Positions 1-9,773 of a stretch of 64,000 nt of DNA are shown here, in pieces. The notes under the pieces are model-generated. The model was not told where the DNA came from. It did not search any database and saw only the letters and a list, made by a program, of their open reading frames with translations. Source of the DNA: an uncultured virus (IMG/VR IMGVR_UViG_3300030330_001255). Taxonomy: Duplodnaviria; Heunggongvirae; Uroviricota; Caudoviricetes. Location: IMG/VR virus record IMGVR_UViG_3300030330_001255. The stretch is one strand, 5' to 3'. The first letter of the stretch is position 1. Each line of letters opens with the position of its first letter. Both the position numbers and the translations under genes were made by a program.

Positions 1-310
1 ACTTCAGTTTACTGCTGAAAGACTTATGAAGTCTGCAAATAGAACTGGATCTGCTGACAATGATATCAATGCAATTGGTTCAATGGGTATGATCCCACAA
101 GGTTATGTTATTAATAACTTTTTAACTGACCCAGATGCGTTTTTCATCAAAACAGACATACCAAATGGTATGAAAATGTTTGTCAGAGCACCAATCAAAA
201 CTGCTATGGAAGGAGATTTCGATACTGGTAATGTTAGATACAAAGCTAGAGAGAGATATTCTTTTGGATTCTCAGACCCTAGAGGTATCTTTGGATCACC
301 AGGTGCGTAA
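1..310 (+). CDS. Major capsid protein, 3' fragment (copy 1)
   Basis: Near-identical to the C-terminus of 57801-58706 (MEGDFDTGNVRYKARERYSFGFSDPRG); truncated by the window start. Confidence 0.9.
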   Translation, partial: LQFTAERLMKSANRTGSADNDINAIGSMGMIPQGYVINNFLTDPDAFFIKTDIPNGMKMFVRAPIKTAMEGDFDTGNVRYKARERYSFGFSDPRGIFGSPGA

Positions 311-330
311 TAATTAACCGAACTAAACAA

Positions 331-357
331 AAGGGGGCTTTCGAGCCCCCTTTTTTT
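331..357 (+). terminator. Intrinsic terminator after MCP
   Basis: GGGGGCT-TTCG-AGCCCCC followed by a T-run. Confidence 0.9.
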
Positions 358-368
358 GTCTCAAAATT

Positions 369-638
369 ATGGAAAAAAAGTTTCACGTCAAAATATTCGC
401 CTACGGCTATTTCATGCAATTTAACGTATTTTGCAGAGATTCCGCAATTAGCATAGAAAATGCTATAGTTGACAAAATCAGAAAAAATGATATAAAAATG
501 GAGTATAACACATTTTATGATAATAAATCATTGCGTGTAACATACGAGGAGATACAGGATGGCGGAACTTCAGACGAAGATAGACAATCTTTACGAGAAG
601 AAAAGATCTCTGAATCAGAAATGGGACGAAGAGCATAG
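369..638 (+). CDS. Hypothetical protein
   Basis: ORF conserved in the second copy (58766-59038). Confidence 0.65.
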   Translation: MEKKFHVKIFAYGYFMQFNVFCRDSAISIENAIVDKIRKNDIKMEYNTFYDNKSLRVTYEEIQDGGTSDEDRQSLREEKISESEMGRRA

Positions 639-741
639 CAAAGAAAATAAATATACTTTGAATATGGTCAGAATTGATAGAGAGATCCAAAATCTTATTG
701 GAAAAATTAAGGCTGCTGAGACAGAACTAGCAAGAGCATAA
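559..741 (+). CDS. Small coiled-coil hypothetical protein
   Basis: Conserved in the second copy (58956-59141); GGAG-like RBS upstream. Confidence 0.7.
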   Translation: MAELQTKIDNLYEKKRSLNQKWDEEHSKENKYTLNMVRIDREIQNLIGKIKAAETELARA

Positions 742-781
742 ACCTTAATTTTAAAAACTTAATTTTATTCCCAAGGATTCC

Positions 782-810
782 TTGCGCTTTTCAAAAAATT
801 TATATATATT
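782..810 (+). promoter_or_regulatory. Sigma70-like promoter
   Basis: TTGCGC-17-TATATT; identical at 59182-59210. Confidence 0.6.
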
Positions 811-815
811 TAACT

Positions 816-886
816 TATCATACAACTAATCAGAACATAGACTAGTATGATAGACGACCTAGAGACTATGTTCGTTAATTACTAGG
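816..886 (+). ncRNA. Candidate pseudoknotted leader RNA
   Basis: TATCATAC(816-823)/GTATGATA(845-852) and GAACATAG(833-840)/CTATGTTC(866-873) are interleaved helices; conserved in copy 2. Confidence 0.5.
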
Positions 887-897
887 AGTAAAATAAA

Positions 898-1176
898 ATG
901 GCAAATACTACATTTAAAGGCCCAGTGACATCTCTTAATGGATTCATTGGCGGCCCAAACAAGAATGCAGGTGATACTCAACAAGGTGGAAAAAACACTT
1001 ATTCATTTGCAAGCACTTCGACAGTTACAGATGGAACTAATACTTTAGATGCATCTGAAAACGAAGGTGTTTTAATCTATGTTGACAATGGAGCAGCAGG
1101 TGCTGCTATCTATGCTTTTTCAGATGGAACAAACTGGAAAAGAGTTGACACAGGCGGAAACATAGCAAGTTCATAA
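898..1176 (+). CDS. Small virion structural protein (putative)
   Basis: AGGAG RBS; G/T/N-rich; lies in the structural operon; conserved in copy 2. Confidence 0.7.
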   Translation: MANTTFKGPVTSLNGFIGGPNKNAGDTQQGGKNTYSFASTSTVTDGTNTLDASENEGVLIYVDNGAAGAAIYAFSDGTNWKRVDTGGNIASS

Positions 1177-1223
1177 TTAATTTATTGTGGGGCTATAGCC
1201 CCACATAATCTAAGGAGAAAATT

Positions 1224-1535
1224 ATGGCTGGCGGAGGTTCATTTGCAAGTGATCAAAAATTTACAACAGCAACAGCTGATGGCGTATTAAAAACTAAATC
1301 AGGTGGTTCAGTAAATATTGGCCCATGCAGAGTTACATATATACTAGCAACAGGTTTTACTAATGTGAAACTTTATGATGCAACAGGTGTAGACGCAACT
1401 AAATTAGAATTTGATTCAACATTTGGAAGTGAGGGTTTGGATGTTTTCGTACCAGGTAGTGGTATAAGATTTCAAACAACAGTTTTTGCAGATGTAACTG
1501 GAACAGGATCATTAACAATAGGATATACAGGATAA
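1224..1535 (+). CDS. Small virion structural protein (putative)
   Basis: AAGGAG RBS; homolog at 59621-59935. Confidence 0.7.
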   Translation: MAGGGSFASDQKFTTATADGVLKTKSGGSVNIGPCRVTYILATGFTNVKLYDATGVDATKLEFDSTFGSEGLDVFVPGSGIRFQTTVFADVTGTGSLTIGYTG

Positions 1536-1804
1536 TGAAAAGTGATGTAAAAGCAGTAAGAAAAACATCTACAGGTTCTGTGTTTGCAGGAAGAACTAGA
1601 TTAAGAGGAATTATTTTATCTTCTACAGGTTCTGCAGGTTCAGTTACTTTACAAGATGGAAATTCAGTAACACAATTTCAAGTAGATGTTCCAGCAGGAG
1701 ATGTATTTGCATATAATCTTGCAGAAGATGGAATTGTATTTGAAGGTGGAATGACTATTTCTGCCCTTTCAGCTGCTACGGTAACTGTTATTATAGATAA
1801 GTAG
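1535..1804 (+). CDS. Small virion structural protein (putative)
   Basis: TAATG coupling; homolog at 59935-60204. Confidence 0.7.
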   Translation: MKSDVKAVRKTSTGSVFAGRTRLRGIILSSTGSAGSVTLQDGNSVTQFQVDVPAGDVFAYNLAEDGIVFEGGMTISALSAATVTVIIDK

Positions 1805-1812
1805 GAGGTTAA

Positions 1813-2751
1813 ATGGCAAACACTACCTCTGGCACAAATACTTTTGAAAAAGGTTTTTCTATTGCGGATATAGTAGAGGAATCTTACGAAAGAATAGGAA
1901 TACAAGGTGTCTCTGGTTATCAATTAAAAAGTGCTAGACGTTCTTTAAATATAATGTTTCAAGAATGGGGCAACAGAGGTTTGCACTATTGGGAAGTAAA
2001 CAATACATCATTTACTTTAGCAACTAATCAAAAAGAATATGAGATTTTTAGATCTTCTTCCGAAGGAGATTCTAGCGGTGTTACTACAACTTTAACAACA
2101 GCAATTACAAGCAATGCTACAACAACAATACCAGTTGCTTCAGTAGCTAATATGCCTACATCTGGTAAAATAAAAATCGATAACGAAATAATTTCATATA
2201 CTGGAATATCTGGTTTAAATTTAACAGGTGGGACAAGAGGAGCAGATGGAACCACAATTACAAATCATTTAAATACAAGTGTAGTTACAAATTTTGTAAA
2301 TGGTGCAGACGATATATTAGAAGCTGTGTACAGAAATGCATCTAATGTTGATGTGTCTTTAACAAAAATATCTAGATCAGAATACCAAGCACTATCAAAT
2401 AAAGGCTCAACAGGTCAACCAACACAATATTATGTTCAAAGATTTATAGATAGAATTAGAATAACTTTATATCTAACACCAGGAACATCTGAAAATGGAA
2501 AGTTTTTAAATTTCTATTATGTAAAAAGAATACAAGATGCAGGAGCATATACTAACGATGCAGACGTACCTTATCGTTTTGTTCCTTGTATGATAGCAGG
2601 ATTATCTTATTACTTATCACAAAAGTATGCACCAGATAGAATACAAGCTATGAAATTATTATATGAAGATGAATTAAATAGAGCGTTGTCTGAAGATGGT
2701 TCTTCTACTAGTTCTTATATAACACCAAAAGTTTATTACCCAGGAACATAA
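1813..2751 (+). CDS. Head-tail adaptor-like protein with inserted beta-rich domain
   Basis: SARRSLN...W and GQPTQYY/DVPYRF motifs typical of podovirus adaptors; homolog at 60213. Confidence 0.65.
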   Translation: MANTTSGTNTFEKGFSIADIVEESYERIGIQGVSGYQLKSARRSLNIMFQEWGNRGLHYWEVNNTSFTLATNQKEYEIFRSSSEGDSSGVTTTLTTAITSNATTTIPVASVANMPTSGKIKIDNEIISYTGISGLNLTGGTRGADGTTITNHLNTSVVTNFVNGADDILEAVYRNASNVDVSLTKISRSEYQALSNKGSTGQPTQYYVQRFIDRIRITLYLTPGTSENGKFLNFYYVKRIQDAGAYTNDADVPYRFVPCMIAGLSYYLSQKYAPDRIQAMKLLYEDELNRALSEDGSSTSSYITPKVYYPGT

Positions 2752-3245
2752 TGGCAAATAGAGCATCAGGAAAATTTTCAAAAGCAATATCAGATAGATC
2801 AGGTATGGAATTTCCATATAGAGAAATGGTGAAAGAATGGAATGGATCTTTTGTTCATATATCTGAATTTGAATCTAAACACCCACAACTAGAAATCAAA
2901 CCACATACCTCTGACCCTCAAGGCCTAAGAGATGCAAGACCTGATAGAACAGAGACTGCAGTTCCAACTTTATTACCATTAAATCCATTTGAGATAACTA
3001 ATGGTAGTGCAACAATTGTGGTTAGTGAACCAAATCACGGTAGATCCACGGGTGATACTGTCAGGTTTAGAAACACTACTAATGTAGGAAATGTTACATC
3101 TGCAACAATTACTCAAAATGCAGGGTATACAATAACTAAAGTTAATGATAACACTTATAATTTTACAACTGGAACAACAGCTTCTAGTACATTAAAAGGA
3201 GGAGGTGGACTTGCTTCAGCAGGCCCAGTTACAGTTACAGCATAA
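2751..3245 (+). CDS. Virion structural protein
   Basis: Coupled ORF with a T/G-rich beta domain; homolog at 61160. Confidence 0.65.
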   Translation: MANRASGKFSKAISDRSGMEFPYREMVKEWNGSFVHISEFESKHPQLEIKPHTSDPQGLRDARPDRTETAVPTLLPLNPFEITNGSATIVVSEPNHGRSTGDTVRFRNTTNVGNVTSATITQNAGYTITKVNDNTYNFTTGTTASSTLKGGGGLASAGPVTVTA

Positions 3246-3934
3246 TGGCATACACTTTAACAAATTTACAAGATGATATTAGAAATTATACAGAGGTAGA
3301 TAGTTCTGTATTATCCACTGCTATCTTAAATACAATAATAAAAAATGCTGAAAACAGAATATATAGACAGGTTGATTCTGATGATAATAGATTTTACGCT
3401 ACATCAAATCTAGCTGTTGGTAATAGGTATGTAACGATACCATCCGATCTAAGAATTATAAGATACGTTCAATTAAAGAATACAAACGTAACACCTAATA
3501 CACAAACATTTCTAGAAAAAAGAGATACTAGTTTTATGTCAGAATATTATGATACACCAAACACTGCTAATGGATTACCTAAGTATTATGCTAATTGGGA
3601 TGCTAACTTTTGGGTTGTTGCTCCCACACCTGATGCTACTTATGAGATAACTTTAGCATATGTAAAGCAACCCACCAGCTTAACAGACGCTTCTGTCAGT
3701 GGATCTGGAACATATATTTCTAATAAATATCAAGATTTACTTTTATATGCTGCTTTGGTAGAAGCATATGGATACTTGAAAGGCCCCGTAGATATGTTAC
3801 AATACTACGAACAGTCTTTTCAAAGAGCAATACAATCGTACGCGGTTGAACAACAAGGCCGTAGACGCAGAGACGAATATAATGATGGTGTTATTCGTAC
3901 TCCACTTAAATCAGAATCACCATCTAAATACTAA
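3245..3934 (+). CDS. Adaptor / tail tubular protein A-like
   Basis: GLPKYYA...APTPD...DLLLYAALVEA motifs; homolog at 61654. Confidence 0.65.
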   Translation: MAYTLTNLQDDIRNYTEVDSSVLSTAILNTIIKNAENRIYRQVDSDDNRFYATSNLAVGNRYVTIPSDLRIIRYVQLKNTNVTPNTQTFLEKRDTSFMSEYYDTPNTANGLPKYYANWDANFWVVAPTPDATYEITLAYVKQPTSLTDASVSGSGTYISNKYQDLLLYAALVEAYGYLKGPVDMLQYYEQSFQRAIQSYAVEQQGRRRRDEYNDGVIRTPLKSESPSKY

Positions 3935-3946
3935 GGAGATAGTAAT

Positions 3947-4390
3947 ATGGCAAATATAGTACCTGATTCATTCAAAACTGGATTGTTAAAAGGAACGTTT
4001 AATTTTGATACTTCTGGTAATGGAGGAAACTCTTTTAAACTTGCCTTGTATACTAGCATAGCAGGATATAACACAGCTTCGACAGTTTTTTCAGCAACTA
4101 ACCAAGTTAGTTCAAGCGGAACAAACTATACAGCAGGTGGAAATACTTTAACAAACAGTGGAGTAGCGATATCATCAAATATTGCTTTTATAGACTTCGC
4201 TGATTTGACTTTTTCATCTGTTACTTTAACAGCTGCTGGTGCCGCGATATACAAGACAACTGGTGGTGGAAATGAACTGGTTCTAGTATTAGACTTTGGT
4301 GGAAATAAAACGGCAACTAATGGTGATTTCGTCATTCAGTTTCCTACAAACAATTCATCAAGTGCGATTATTAGAATTGGTGACGCATAA
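3947..4390 (+). CDS. Tail structural protein
   Basis: FKLALYT...YTAGG...LDFGG motifs of a phage tail/fibre-attachment family. Confidence 0.65.
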   Translation: MANIVPDSFKTGLLKGTFNFDTSGNGGNSFKLALYTSIAGYNTASTVFSATNQVSSSGTNYTAGGNTLTNSGVAISSNIAFIDFADLTFSSVTLTAAGAAIYKTTGGGNELVLVLDFGGNKTATNGDFVIQFPTNNSSSAIIRIGDA

Positions 4391-4407
4391 TATTAAGGAT
4401 TTTATAA

Positions 4408-4863
4408 ATGGCTTTTGTATTAAATGACAGAGTTAAGCAAACTAGTACAACTACTGGTACAGGAACATTTAGTTTAACAGGAACCGAAGTAGGTTTCGAA
4501 ACTTTTGTTGCTGGTATTGGTACAACCAATAATACATTTTACGCTATATCTAACGATGGAACCGCTGAATTTGAAGTCGGTATTGGAACTGTAACAGATG
4601 CAACACCTGATACACTTTCTAGAGATACCGTTATCTCTTCTTCTAATTCAGACAACAAAGTAGATTTTAGTGCTGGAACTAAAACTGTATTTTGTACTTA
4701 TCCTGCAAAACGTGCTCCGTCTGCAGCTATGACAGCTACAACTTACATTAATACACACGCTTCAACTATTTCTGATGTTCAAACAATGGACTCAGGAGTT
4801 TTAGCAGGCCCAGTAACAGTATCTAATACTGTTACGGTAACAGGAACATTGGTAATTTTATAA
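4408..4863 (+). CDS. Tail fibre-associated protein
   Basis: DRVKQTSTTTGTG...VFCTYPA N-terminal domain. Confidence 0.65.
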   Translation: MAFVLNDRVKQTSTTTGTGTFSLTGTEVGFETFVAGIGTTNNTFYAISNDGTAEFEVGIGTVTDATPDTLSRDTVISSSNSDNKVDFSAGTKTVFCTYPAKRAPSAAMTATTYINTHASTISDVQTMDSGVLAGPVTVSNTVTVTGTLVIL

Positions 4864-5279
4864 TGAGCCAAATAGAAGTAGATAAAGTAATACCTCAATC
4901 AGGAACTAATTTACAAATTGGTGAAGCTGGTGATACTATTAATTTAACTACTGCAACTGTAAACTTACCAACAGGTGTTGGTGGAACTTCTTGGCAAGCA
5001 GTAAAAACTGCTAATTTTACTGCGGTAGCAGGTGAAGGATATTTTGTAAATACAACAAGTGGAGTTATTACAGCAACCTTACCATCATCTGCAACAATTG
5101 GAAATGAGGTTTCAATAATAGATTACGCTGGAACAGCAGATACAAATAATATAACAATAGGTAGAAATGGACATAACATTCAAGGTGCAGCATCAGATTT
5201 AGTAGTATCAACTGAAAGGGCAGGTTTTACTTTGGTTTATGTTGATTCAACACAAGGATGGTTACTAAAGGACAAATAA
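4863..5279 (+). CDS. Short tail-fibre-like protein
   Basis: GEGYFVNT...TLP...LVYVDSTQGW domain shared with the C-terminus of 14260-14979. Confidence 0.65.
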   Translation: MSQIEVDKVIPQSGTNLQIGEAGDTINLTTATVNLPTGVGGTSWQAVKTANFTAVAGEGYFVNTTSGVITATLPSSATIGNEVSIIDYAGTADTNNITIGRNGHNIQGAASDLVVSTERAGFTLVYVDSTQGWLLKDK

Positions 5280-5280
5280 T

Positions 5281-6552
5281 ATGGCTAATTATAAAGATTT
5301 AAAATATGTATTTCCTGCAAGTTCCATAACATCAGGAACATTTAACGATGCACGTATAGCAGCATCTAATGTATCCCAACATGCAACAAGTTTTGATGAC
5401 AATAAAATCGTCAATGATATTTCTACATTGGGGTTAAGAGTACATACACAAGAAAATCTTAATGCCTCTAATACAAACTCGGCTTCTTTTGATGTATTCC
5501 AAGATAGTTCAGCAGTATCTAATTTAACTAATGTTGCAAGAGATGCTAATGAATTTATGTCAGCACAAACTTTTGCAGATAGCACATTAACAATAAATAA
5601 TTCAAATTACACAACATATATAGATAGTGTTAAAGGTGTTCAAGCATCAAATACATTAAGACCCACAGGTTCTAATGAATTTACAGCAATATCAAATTTT
5701 GATACTGTTACTGACAACACGACTTATGATGGAACTAATGCTGGAACAGGATCAGCACACTTAGGTACAAAAGGAGCATATCTTTTTGGAAATAATGGAG
5801 ATAGCGATAGTTCTTATTGGAGAGTAAATAATAATGTAGCGGGAGCCGCAGCAAATAATTATTATTTTCATACAATACTTTTAAAATTAAATTTAACGCC
5901 TTTTAATCCAGCATCTCAAGGAATAGCTTTAAGAGATTATTCTTTAAAATGGAGAAATGGTTCAGGTAATTTTTGGTGGAATCAAATGTATGGTTCAATT
6001 GATATTACAGGAATAAATACATCAAATGAAGACCATGCTTCTTTAGTATTAAAAAGTGGTAGTGGTATTAATAATGGTACAAGTTACACAGCATCTACAG
6101 ACGGAACAGCACAATCTTCAAATACAGTTAAAGCTAAACTTATAATTATTGACCAATTTCATTTTAATGGAACAAATAGTTATATGTTTGATAACTTAAC
6201 TATTACTGGATTAGCTTCACTTGGTACACTTAACTCATCAGGCTCATTTACAGGAACCAACATTACGGCTTCATCAACTAACAAAATGGGTGCAGTAATT
6301 ACTTACCAAGACAATGCAGGAACAAACGCATTAAACACAGATATAGTTTTACAATTATCAGCGGATGGAGGAAGCAATTTTTCTACAGCTACACTTACAG
6401 CTTTACCAGATTTTGCTACTGGTATTAAGATGGCAAAAGTAAATGACCTCTCGGTCACAGCAGGTACTTCGTTAACTTATAAAATATCTTTTGCTAATCA
6501 AGCTAGTGGATCAAAAGAAGCTAGAATAAGAGGAGTTTCGTTACAATATTAA
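5281..6552 (+). CDS. Putative tail fibre / receptor-binding protein
   Basis: 423 aa, S/T/N/G-rich, located in the tail module. Confidence 0.6.
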   Translation: MANYKDLKYVFPASSITSGTFNDARIAASNVSQHATSFDDNKIVNDISTLGLRVHTQENLNASNTNSASFDVFQDSSAVSNLTNVARDANEFMSAQTFADSTLTINNSNYTTYIDSVKGVQASNTLRPTGSNEFTAISNFDTVTDNTTYDGTNAGTGSAHLGTKGAYLFGNNGDSDSSYWRVNNNVAGAAANNYYFHTILLKLNLTPFNPASQGIALRDYSLKWRNGSGNFWWNQMYGSIDITGINTSNEDHASLVLKSGSGINNGTSYTASTDGTAQSSNTVKAKLIIIDQFHFNGTNSYMFDNLTITGLASLGTLNSSGSFTGTNITASSTNKMGAVITYQDNAGTNALNTDIVLQLSADGGSNFSTATLTALPDFATGIKMAKVNDLSVTAGTSLTYKISFANQASGSKEARIRGVSLQY

Positions 6553-6553
6553 T

Positions 6554-7345
6554 ATGAGTGAAGTAAAAGTAAATAAAGTAAGTCCAAGATCAGGGACAGG
6601 TGTACAACTAGGAGACAGTGGTGATACTATAACTGTGCCTAGTGGTGCAAGTATTGCTTTACCAAATACTTCTGTTGCAAACGCAGCATTACAAGGTTCA
6701 GGACAGATTACAATCAACGGCCAAGCAGTAGCACTTGGTGGATCAGTAACAATTGCTACAGAAACAAGACCAACTTTTACATCTATCACACCATCAACAA
6801 TCGAGAACACACAGACATCTTGTGTCATAGCTGGTGGTAATTTTGTATCTGTACCTTTGGTTACAGCTATTAATAACTCCACAGGAGCAACTGTTTCAGC
6901 CGATGAGGTATCTTTTCAATCAGCAGCACAGATTACAGCCAAATTTACTTTACCTGTAGATGGCACATACAAACTATATATTGAAAACCCAGATGGTAAT
7001 GCAGTACAGACAAACGCTGTTCTTACAGTTTCTGATGCACCAGCCTGGCAAACATCAGCAGGATCATTAGGATCATTTGGTGCTGGAGATACTATTTCAA
7101 CAATTACAATTACGGCAACCAATGCTACATCTTTTGCAGTGCAATCAGGATCTTTACCAACAGGTCTATCATTGAACACTGGTTCAGGTTCTGCTACAAT
7201 AACAGGGACTGTATCAGCTGGAATCACTTCAGATACATTGTTTAGCTTTACAGTTCGAGCAACAGATGCGGAAGCACAAACTGCTGATCGAGCGTTTACT
7301 ATACAAGTAACAGTGGGAGCAAATAACTCAGGACAGTTTAACTAG
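6554..7345 (+). CDS. Tail fibre protein with Ig-like domains (cassette 1, gene A)
   Basis: GSLPTGLSL...FTVRATDAE Ig-like motif; paralog of 9774-10959. Confidence 0.65.
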   Translation: MSEVKVNKVSPRSGTGVQLGDSGDTITVPSGASIALPNTSVANAALQGSGQITINGQAVALGGSVTIATETRPTFTSITPSTIENTQTSCVIAGGNFVSVPLVTAINNSTGATVSADEVSFQSAAQITAKFTLPVDGTYKLYIENPDGNAVQTNAVLTVSDAPAWQTSAGSLGSFGAGDTISTITITATNATSFAVQSGSLPTGLSLNTGSGSATITGTVSAGITSDTLFSFTVRATDAEAQTADRAFTIQVTVGANNSGQFN

Positions 7346-7354
7346 GATAATATT

Positions 7355-8710
7355 ATGGCAAATAGTAGTTTACAAAGATCAAGAACAGCAGGAAGCACTA
7401 AAACTAAATTTACCGTTTCTATGTGGGTAAAAAGATCTGCTAATAATGCAAAATATTTAATGGTAAATTATACTGATGACAGTAACAGAGGTCTTATACA
7501 ATTTGGTGGAAGTAATGAATTTTTATTTCAAAGCAGATATTCAAATTCTGTAAATGCTAGTATACAAACTAACAGAAAATTTAGAGACACTTCAGGATGG
7601 TATCATTTTGTTTTAATCGGTGACAGTACATTAGCAACAGCAGCTGACAGATTAAAATTATATGTAAACGGTGTTAGAGAAACTTCTTTTGCATCAGAAA
7701 CACAGATTTCTCAAAATGGTAATTTTTACCTTAATGAAGCAACAACAAATGGTTTTCGTGTTGGAGAAAAAGGTGATGGTAGTGATTTTTTTGATGGCTA
7801 CATAAGTCATTTTGTATTTTTAGATGGAGTGGCAGCAGCGTATACAGATTTTGGTCAAACAGATTCTACATCTGGTATTTGGAAATTTAAGGTACCTAGT
7901 GGTCTTACATTTGGCACAAATGGTGTGCATTTAAAATTTGAAAACTCTGGTAACTTAGGTTTAGATAGTTCAGGTAACACAAACAATATGTCAGTTAATG
8001 GAAATCTAAAACAAGCACTTGATACACCATCAAATACTTATTGTACTATGAACCCATTAGATAATTATTATCCTGCATCAACTTTTACAACTGGTAATAA
8101 TTCTATTGGAACAGCAGGTAGTAGAAGAAGTTATAATACTGGAACTTTAGGTGTATCATCTGGCAAATGGTATTGGGAGGTAAAAGCTGTATCTAGTGTA
8201 ACTGCTTCAAATGGTTGTTGGATTGGAATTGCATCTACAAATGCTACTAATGATGGTGTGTCATCACAACAAACTTTAGGTTACAAACAATATGATTATG
8301 GTTTTTCTTCATCAACTGGAAATATAAACACTAATAATTCACAATCTTCTTATGGAAGTGGTTATGGAGATAATGATATTGTTGGTGTAGCGATGGATTT
8401 AGATAATAATAAACTATACTTTCATGTAAATGGAACTTATGAAAACTCTGGTGTTCCAACATCAGGCTCTACAGGAACAGGATCAGTTTCTATTCAAGCA
8501 CCAAGTGGAACACTGAATGGCGTATATACACCAGGATTAGGAGATTGGTGGACTTCTGGTTTTAATGTTGCTTTTAATTTTGGTAATGGATTTTTTGGTA
8601 CAACAGCTATAACTTCTGCAGGTTCAAATGGTAATGGAAGTTTATTTGAATATGATGTTCCAAACGGCTATTATGCATTAAACACAAAAAATATTAACAC
8701 TTATGGATAA
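7355..8710 (+). CDS. LamG/ConA-like plus SPRY-like receptor-binding protein (cassette 1, gene B)
   Basis: FRDTSGWYH, KLYVNG, SSGKWYWE and GVAMDLDN motifs. Confidence 0.7.
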   Translation: MANSSLQRSRTAGSTKTKFTVSMWVKRSANNAKYLMVNYTDDSNRGLIQFGGSNEFLFQSRYSNSVNASIQTNRKFRDTSGWYHFVLIGDSTLATAADRLKLYVNGVRETSFASETQISQNGNFYLNEATTNGFRVGEKGDGSDFFDGYISHFVFLDGVAAAYTDFGQTDSTSGIWKFKVPSGLTFGTNGVHLKFENSGNLGLDSSGNTNNMSVNGNLKQALDTPSNTYCTMNPLDNYYPASTFTTGNNSIGTAGSRRSYNTGTLGVSSGKWYWEVKAVSSVTASNGCWIGIASTNATNDGVSSQQTLGYKQYDYGFSSSTGNINTNNSQSSYGSGYGDNDIVGVAMDLDNNKLYFHVNGTYENSGVPTSGSTGTGSVSIQAPSGTLNGVYTPGLGDWWTSGFNVAFNFGNGFFGTTAITSAGSNGNGSLFEYDVPNGYYALNTKNINTYG

Positions 8711-8715
8711 AAATT

Positions 8716-9771
8716 ATGGCATACACAACAATTAATAAATCTACAGATCACTTCGATGGAAAAATATATTTAGGAAGTTCAAATGCAGTAACTGTTTCAG
8801 GACTAGGATTTCAACCAGATTGGGTTTGGGTTAAGGATAGAGATAATGGAAATAATCATTGTTGGGTAGATGCTGTTAGAGGTGTAGGAAAATATATTCA
8901 ATCTAATTTGAATAATGCTCAAGTAAATAATTCAAGTCAATCAATCTCAGCTTTTACTTCTGATGGTTTTACAACAGGTACAGCTAATCCTGCGAATGAA
9001 AGTGCTTCCACAACAAAAGGATTTATGAGTTGGAACTGGAAAGCAGGTGGTGGTCAAGGTTCAGCTAATAATGATGGCTCTATAAACACTACATACACAT
9101 CAGCTAATACAACAGCAGGATTTTCAATATCTCAATATACTGCTAATGGTACTTCTGGTGCTACAGTTGGTCATGGTTTAGGTGTTGTTCCTAAAATGAT
9201 AATAGTTAAAGCTCTAAATACTACTGATAACTGGGAAGTATATCACGGCAGTTTAGGAGCTGAAAAATATTTAGAATTAAATAGACAAGATGCTGTAGCT
9301 GATAGCGCTCAAATATGGAATGATACTGAACCAACTTCATCTGTATTTTCTATCGGTAATAATAGTGGAGTAAATACAAATGGAAACCCTTATATAGCTT
9401 ACTGCTTCGCAGAAAAAAAAGGCTACAGCAAGTTTGGAAAATATAATGGTAATAGTAATGCTGATGGAACATTTGTTTATACTGGATTTAAACCTGCTTT
9501 TATTAATATTAAAGCATCATCAAGACAAGAAAGTTGGTATATGTTTGACAATAAAAGAATAGGAAGAAATCCTGATAATGAACAATTATATTCTGATGCA
9601 AATAGTACAGAAGCAACACAAGATTATTTAGACATTTTATCTAATGGATTTAAACTTCGACTAAATAATGTTGGTTTAAATGGAAGTGGAGAAACTTATG
9701 TCTATATGGCATTTGCAGAAGAACCTCTTGTGGCTAATGTATCAAATGGAGTACCAGCAACGGCAAGATAA
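8716..9771 (+). CDS. Tail fibre accessory protein (cassette 1, gene C)
   Basis: GFQPDWVWVK and TVGHGLG motifs; paralog of 12319-13362. Confidence 0.65.
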   Translation: MAYTTINKSTDHFDGKIYLGSSNAVTVSGLGFQPDWVWVKDRDNGNNHCWVDAVRGVGKYIQSNLNNAQVNNSSQSISAFTSDGFTTGTANPANESASTTKGFMSWNWKAGGGQGSANNDGSINTTYTSANTTAGFSISQYTANGTSGATVGHGLGVVPKMIIVKALNTTDNWEVYHGSLGAEKYLELNRQDAVADSAQIWNDTEPTSSVFSIGNNSGVNTNGNPYIAYCFAEKKGYSKFGKYNGNSNADGTFVYTGFKPAFINIKASSRQESWYMFDNKRIGRNPDNEQLYSDANSTEATQDYLDILSNGFKLRLNNVGLNGSGETYVYMAFAEEPLVANVSNGVPATAR

Positions 9772-9773
9772 TT

